Below, piece by piece: positions 18,501-20,527 of a DNA stretch of 20,527 bases. The position numbers and the translations under genes were made by a program. The stretch spans positions 1 through 20,527 of the forward strand of contig JAKMXF010000112.1 of assembly GCA_024704765.1 (NCBI GenBank), written 5' to 3'. Source of the stretch: Oopsacas minuta (Eukaryota > Animalia > Porifera). The notes beneath the pieces were generated by a model, which was given only the letters and a program-made list of their open reading frames with translations, did no database searches and was not told where the DNA came from. The first letter of the stretch is position 1, and every line of letters starts with the position of its first letter.

Positions 18501-19351
18501 TGTTTAGAAGTTTGTGACATATTTGCAAAGAAGGGTACATCTGGAATATACTCTATATCATTGTTGAGAAGATTTAGGTGTGTGATCTCAGTTAGGAAGA
18601 GGAGACTGTCTGGGATTCTGTCTAGACTGTTTCCACTTAAATCAACCGAGGCTACAAACTTAAATGTTAAGTTCAATTCCAGATTTTCTCGAATATATTC
18701 CGGTACTTTAGGACACCTATCAAACTTGAAATTGTCATCGGTAATCATATCTAAGATATTTTCTAAACACCAAGTATTGAGATGTCCCTCACGGAAGTCC
18801 ATTAAAAGACGCTTATTAACATCATTATTACCACGCCTTCTAATCCTTTTCTTAGTAACTCCAACCATATTGCAAATAAGAGGCTTAACATAATCTTTGT
18901 AGCCCAACTCGAGAGCGAACTTAAGCCCACGACAGGAGTCAACAACTTCTAGAGATTGATGATATACGATTGAGTAAAACAATTCATCCCACTGAATAAT
19001 AAGAACTTCTATGAGAGGAGAGGCAGTAAGATCTTCCATATCTTCCCATATTATTTCTCCATATTCACGGTCATTAGGCTGATGTAGAGTCAATCTTTTG
19101 AGGAGCACTTTCTCTGTATTATAGGTTGCTTTCTTATACTCTTCTATTGCCCATTTAGGTGCATATTTGAATCCCATCTCTATCAGTTTCAAGGAAGCTC
19201 GCTTAGTAATTAAATCAAAGCTTGTAACACGTAATTCACTGAAATTGTCGTTTCTAAGTAAGAGTTCGCAAATACGCTTATTCTGAAATCTAACAGCGTG
19301 ATGTAAAGCAGTGTATTTGGTTCCTGGACATGTAAGGTTGATATCAATAAC
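1983..19351 (-). CDS. LRRK: ROCO/LRRK-family protein (ANK-LRR-ROC-COR-kinase-WD40-like), 6 exons resolved, 5'-incomplete, at least 2176 aa
   Basis: Six segments join in frame across canonical GT-AG introns (intron phases 1,0,0,0,0). Exon lengths are 1648+176+507+2316 (after removing the 19-bp adapter)+312+1572 = 6531 nt = 2177 codons including TGA. Domain order matches LRRK1/LRRK2-type ROCO proteins. Orthology to LRRK1 versus LRRK2 cannot be decided from this window. Confidence 0.93.
3743..3812. mobile_element. 70-bp mini-MITE
   Basis: TA|CAGTAGAACT ... AGTTCTACTG|TA. It shares an AAAATTGTAC-like internal motif with the 9786 and 15787 elements. Confidence 0.7.
4311..5227. mobile_element. 917-bp foldback element / large MITE with Tc1-like termini
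   Basis: Inverted arms of about 410 bp (4311-~4720 and ~4805-5227). The outer ~340 bp differ at only about 7 positions by eye. Termini CAG(C/T)CAGGGGACAAAAGTATTCG; TA on the right flank (5228-5229), CA on the left. No ORF. Confidence 0.9.
5610..6701. repeat. Degenerate nested palindrome: outer arms ~5610-5893 and ~6405-6701, inner palindrome ~5928-6214
   Basis: Outer arms: CACTATTTAAGATATGCCCC..GTATTACCAACATATATAAATACGGTAA (~5691-5744) is the reverse complement of ~6555-6609. Inner arms: CATGAACTGATTCTAGCCATACCTGG..GATGCTAGACCTT pairs with AAGGTCTGGCATC..CCAGGTATGACTAGAATCTGTTCAT. Confidence 0.85.
7317..7628 (-). CDS. LRRK-like exon E: kinase subdomains IX-XI
   Basis: Acceptor tttctctgttag|GCT at 7628 gives ADIYAVGIIIYQLLT (subdomain IX) and MCVEHDPEKR (subdomain XI Arg). 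Donor AAG|GTAATT at 7316. Confidence 0.9.
7963..8030 (+). mobile_element. hAT (Buster/Charlie-like) terminal fragment
   Basis: CAAGGGTGTTCAAACTTTT followed by two ACGGGCCAC subterminal motifs resembles hAT ends of the CAGGGGTGTCCAAACT...CGGGCCAC type. The partner end was not found. Confidence 0.45.
8458..8584. repeat. 127-bp imperfect palindrome centred on ATCATGAT (8518-8525)
   Basis: ACTTCCGAGTTAATGTATGAA pairs with TTCATACATTAACTCGGAAGT, and TTACACAAAATATT pairs with AATATTTTGTGTAA. Segment 8564-8606 matches 13321-13363 at 37/43. Confidence 0.8.
8665..9165. repeat. ~500-bp element with inverted arms built from ~30-bp subrepeats
   Basis: AGTTCAAATTTCAAGATTGTCATTAGTTAGAA pairs with TTCTAACTAATGACAACCTTAAAATTCGAACT. 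The motif ATCGATTCTAACTTGTT recurs at ~9073 and ~9104. Confidence 0.7.
9786..9943. mobile_element. 158-bp degenerate MITE of the CAGTAGAACTCG family
   Basis: TA|GAGTAGAATTCG ... CGAGTTCTACTA|TA, with internal AAAATTTGTACGT. Confidence 0.6.
10049..12383 (-). CDS. LRRK-like exon D: end of ROC, COR domain and kinase subdomains I-VIII (interrupted by a 19-bp adapter)
   Basis: Acceptor ttttattttag|AAT at 12383. COR motifs LEYLHHLGLVLNF, YFLDPQWL, LLEKCEV..ILVPSFLP and VPSGFWARFI. Kinase motifs GVGGFG, VALK, NEM (alphaC Glu), HMDLKPNN, DYR and GTPGYMAPE. Donor ACC|GTAAGT at 10048. The two track ORFs 11712-12365 and 9974-11764 fuse when 11715-11733 is removed. Confidence 0.9.
11715..11733 (+). other. 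Tn5 mosaic end / Nextera adapter sequence embedded in coding exon (probable assembly artefact)
   Basis: Exact 19/19 match to AGATGTGTATAAGAGACAG. Deleting it gives ...TGT GAA TGG ACT GAT ACA TAT GTT GAA (CEWTDTYVE) on the minus strand and joins the two overlapping ORFs. Confidence 0.96.
12502..12870. mobile_element. Degenerate MITE copies rich in the GTTCTTATAACCGG motif
   Basis: About 10 copies of GTTCTTATAACCGG variants in both orientations. TA|CAGT at 12500-12505 and ACTG|TA at 12671-12676. Segment 12689-12870 is homologous to 14261-14451. Confidence 0.7.
12869..13298. repeat. 430-bp palindromic (foldback) element; a further one-arm copy lies at ~4115-4215
   Basis: 12869-12960 is the reverse complement of 13208-13298 (CCATGGTCACTACTGTAACTC core), and 12964-12985 pairs with 13182-13203. 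The centre is near 13080. A related CATGGTCACTACTATAACTC lies at ~4151-4170. Confidence 0.88.
13647..14153 (-). CDS. LRRK-like exon C: last LRR/cap and ROC GTPase G1-G4
   Basis: Acceptor tttttgtgtag|ATC at 14153. Motifs: P-loop GYHGTGKTT (13980-14006), switch I STEGIDI, G3 WDFAGQ, G4 VGTHID. Donor CAA|GTATGT at 13646. Confidence 0.93.
14261..14474. mobile_element. Right part of a MITE of the same GTTCTTATAACCGG family
   Basis: Shares TATTGGGGTATATGGCAACCG.TTTCCAGT with ~12762-12792 and ends GTTCTTATAACTGGTATCTACTG|TA. Confidence 0.72.
14723..14760. repeat. (CAAA)n-containing dispersed repeat, copy 1
   Basis: CAACAGAC-(AAAC)3-AACATTTGAGATTTAATA; same flanks as copy 2. Confidence 0.7.
15038..15102. 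repeat. (CAAA)n-containing dispersed repeat, copy 2
   Basis: CAACGGA-(CAAA)7-CGAACAGACAGA-CAACAATTGAGATTTAATA. Confidence 0.75.
15285..15460 (-). CDS. LRRK-like exon B: two LRRs (absent from the ORF track)
   Basis: Acceptor tgatgtag|GA at 15460 matches the phase-1 donor of exon A. It translates GEEDDKEIPYFPSLKYLHLHENNLLGLPPRIGYQKNLETLDISDNPNLRELPKELGNLK. Donor AAG|GTTACT at 15284. Confidence 0.9.
15787..15969. mobile_element. 183-bp MITE (pogo/Tigger-like CAGTAGA ends)
   Basis: 21-bp TIRs CAGTAGA(C/G)TCT(G/C)GTTAATACG (19/21 identical), with TA on both flanks. Confidence 0.85.
16520..17683 (-). mobile_element. Tc1/mariner-superfamily DNA transposon, 1164 bp, internally deleted, in LRRK intron A-B
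   Basis: 29-bp TIRs CAGGGTGTCC(A/G)GAAATT(AA/GT)TGTCACCTTA at 16520-16548 and 17655-17683 (26/29 identical). TA target-site duplication at 16518-16519 and 17684-17685. Encloses a transposase ORF. Confidence 0.95.
16594..17467 (-). pseudogene. Truncated Tc1/mariner DDE/D transposase
   Basis: Likely start MSTEVRTRAIG at 17467, followed by HTH regions, WTDES (first Asp) and MQDGAPPH (second Asp), then TGA at 16682-16684. The WPxxSPDLNPI(E/D) motif is absent. A typical C-terminal tail (DPSCLENLAVGMPNRIRKCLELEGGYIGK*) continues in another frame to 16594. Confidence 0.9.
17704..19351 (-). CDS. LRRK-like exon A: ankyrin repeat plus LRR block
   Basis: Acceptor tttatttag|GTT at 19351. The frame is open for 53 codons upstream of the ORF-track start and gives an ankyrin consensus (DINLTCPGTKYTALHHAVRFQNKRICELLLRN). 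LxxLxLxxNxL repeats follow (VDLSGNSLDRIP, LKVLNISSNCL, LMNLDLADNKI, LRELKLSGNQL). Donor CTTG|GTAAGT at 17703. Confidence 0.9.
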
Positions 19352-19631
19352 CTAAATAAAATATATATGATATATAGAAAAATGATTGGATCAAATTTAC
19401 AAACTAATATACTACAAAGAAGCCCCACAGGCATCAGTACAGGAGGTCATAATATAATAATCTTTGGATAAACCATGGATAATAAATATTCGCTATGTTG
19501 TATGCTTTCAAGTACTTATTTTCTGGGGGCCTCTGTACATGAAAATGATAGCTATAAATCAAGAATTATTCCTTCAATTATAGTTGGATTCACCCATGTG
19601 TGACCTGAAAAGTATTGATGAATTAAGTGTA

Positions 19632-19661
19632 CCGCAGTCCATAAAAGGTTGAGAAACACTG
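19632..19661 (-). mobile_element. Solo hAT (Charlie-like) terminus
   Basis: The reverse complement reads CAGTGTTTCTCAACCTTTTATGGACTGCGG, similar to hAT-Charlie ends. No partner end was seen. Confidence 0.45.
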
Positions 19662-20527
19662 GCCTAGATTATACATATTGTATTACGATATAGGAGTATT
19701 GGCTAAATCATACGCCTAGTGATATAATAGTTGAATTTATGTGCCTATAGGCGTGAGGCAGACGCTTAGAAAATACTCTGGTATTTACATATTGGTCTGT
19801 GGCAATTTGACTAGAAATCGAACTAGTAAGCACTGCCCAGTCAATTGAAAAACCTCATTCGAACTAATATCCCTCGTTAAAATTGGATATTCAGAAAAAT
19901 GTGTCATCTTTGGTCTTTACTGTGATAACTGAAGAACGAGCCAATTTTATTATTACAAATTTTTGGTATTTTGTCTAATCTCTGAATTATTACATATACT
20001 TATTCAGATCCAATATTAACATCCTACTTACAAGGCATCAATGAATGACATATTTCACCAAATATATGCTTACTAGACACATAGTTTACCACATTCCCTG
20101 ATTCTTAGCATATAAATATTGCTTGAAAATTAATTGTTATGCAATACATTTATTCCGGCAAAAATAAGCTGTTTCTGAAATATAGAAACTACATACAAAT
20201 TGTTCGGTTGACACGTACAACCCCTAGTCTAAAACCCTAAAGGATTTGTGAGGCCCTGTGTATAGTAGGCTTTGTACGAACCAATATTCTACGCATAGAC
20301 ACAAAAATCTACTAGCCAAATTTCAAATCTGTGCCGACAGCATAATATATATCAATTGAATTCACTCAAAGTGGCATTATTAATTGGAAGCAGTATGTTA
20401 GGGGGATTGACTGAATGGTGGAATCTGACTGAATGGGAAAATCTGAATAGGAGATACTGGAATAAGATCGACCATAACCTATTTAATACACTGCCGTGTA
20501 TGTCCACCGAGAAGTCCTTTAAATAGA

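Noticed and set aside
18312-18893. 193-aa plus-strand ORF
   Set aside because: Antisense shadow of the LRR exon with no recognisable motifs.
15285-19351. Single-LRR exon-shuffling array as described for brown-algal ROCO genes
   Set aside because: Most LRRs lie in one 1.65-kb exon and there are no tandem equal-sized LRR exons.
19785-19907. Candidate first exon (MTHFSEYP...GQCLLVRFLVKLPQTN), weakly ankyrin-like, minus strand
   Set aside because: I could not join it to 19351 with phase-compatible splice sites, so the 5' end is left unresolved.
20400-20460. Short TGACTGAATGG repeats (similar motif at ~9379)
   Set aside because: Two to three degenerate copies, too short to classify.

Overview
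AT-rich eukaryotic genomic DNA with GT-AG introns. Most of the window is one large minus-strand gene of the ROCO/LRRK family (ankyrin - LRR - ROC GTPase - COR - kinase - WD40-like). I reconstruct six exons, complement(join(1983..3554, 7317..7628, 10049..12383, 13647..14153, 15285..15460, 17704..19351)), encoding at least 2176 aa; the 5' end is not resolved. The apparent frameshift in the COR region is caused by an exact 19-bp Tn5/Nextera mosaic end at 11715-11733, and removing it restores the frame, so it is most likely an assembly artefact. The kinase keeps its catalytic K, E and D residues but has HMD in place of (H/Y)RD and DYR in place of DYG; the Arg sits at the position equivalent to LRRK2 G2019. 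The introns (1.1-3.8 kb) are packed with DNA-transposon derivatives: an internally deleted Tc1/mariner element, a young 917-bp foldback, several nested palindromes and TA-flanked MITEs. I see no RNA genes or CRISPR arrays. The organism cannot be identified from the sequence. I found no clearly new biological system; the best leads are the atypical LRRK kinase, possible ANK-LRR-only isoforms and the foldback-rich introns. All alignments and identities were done by eye.
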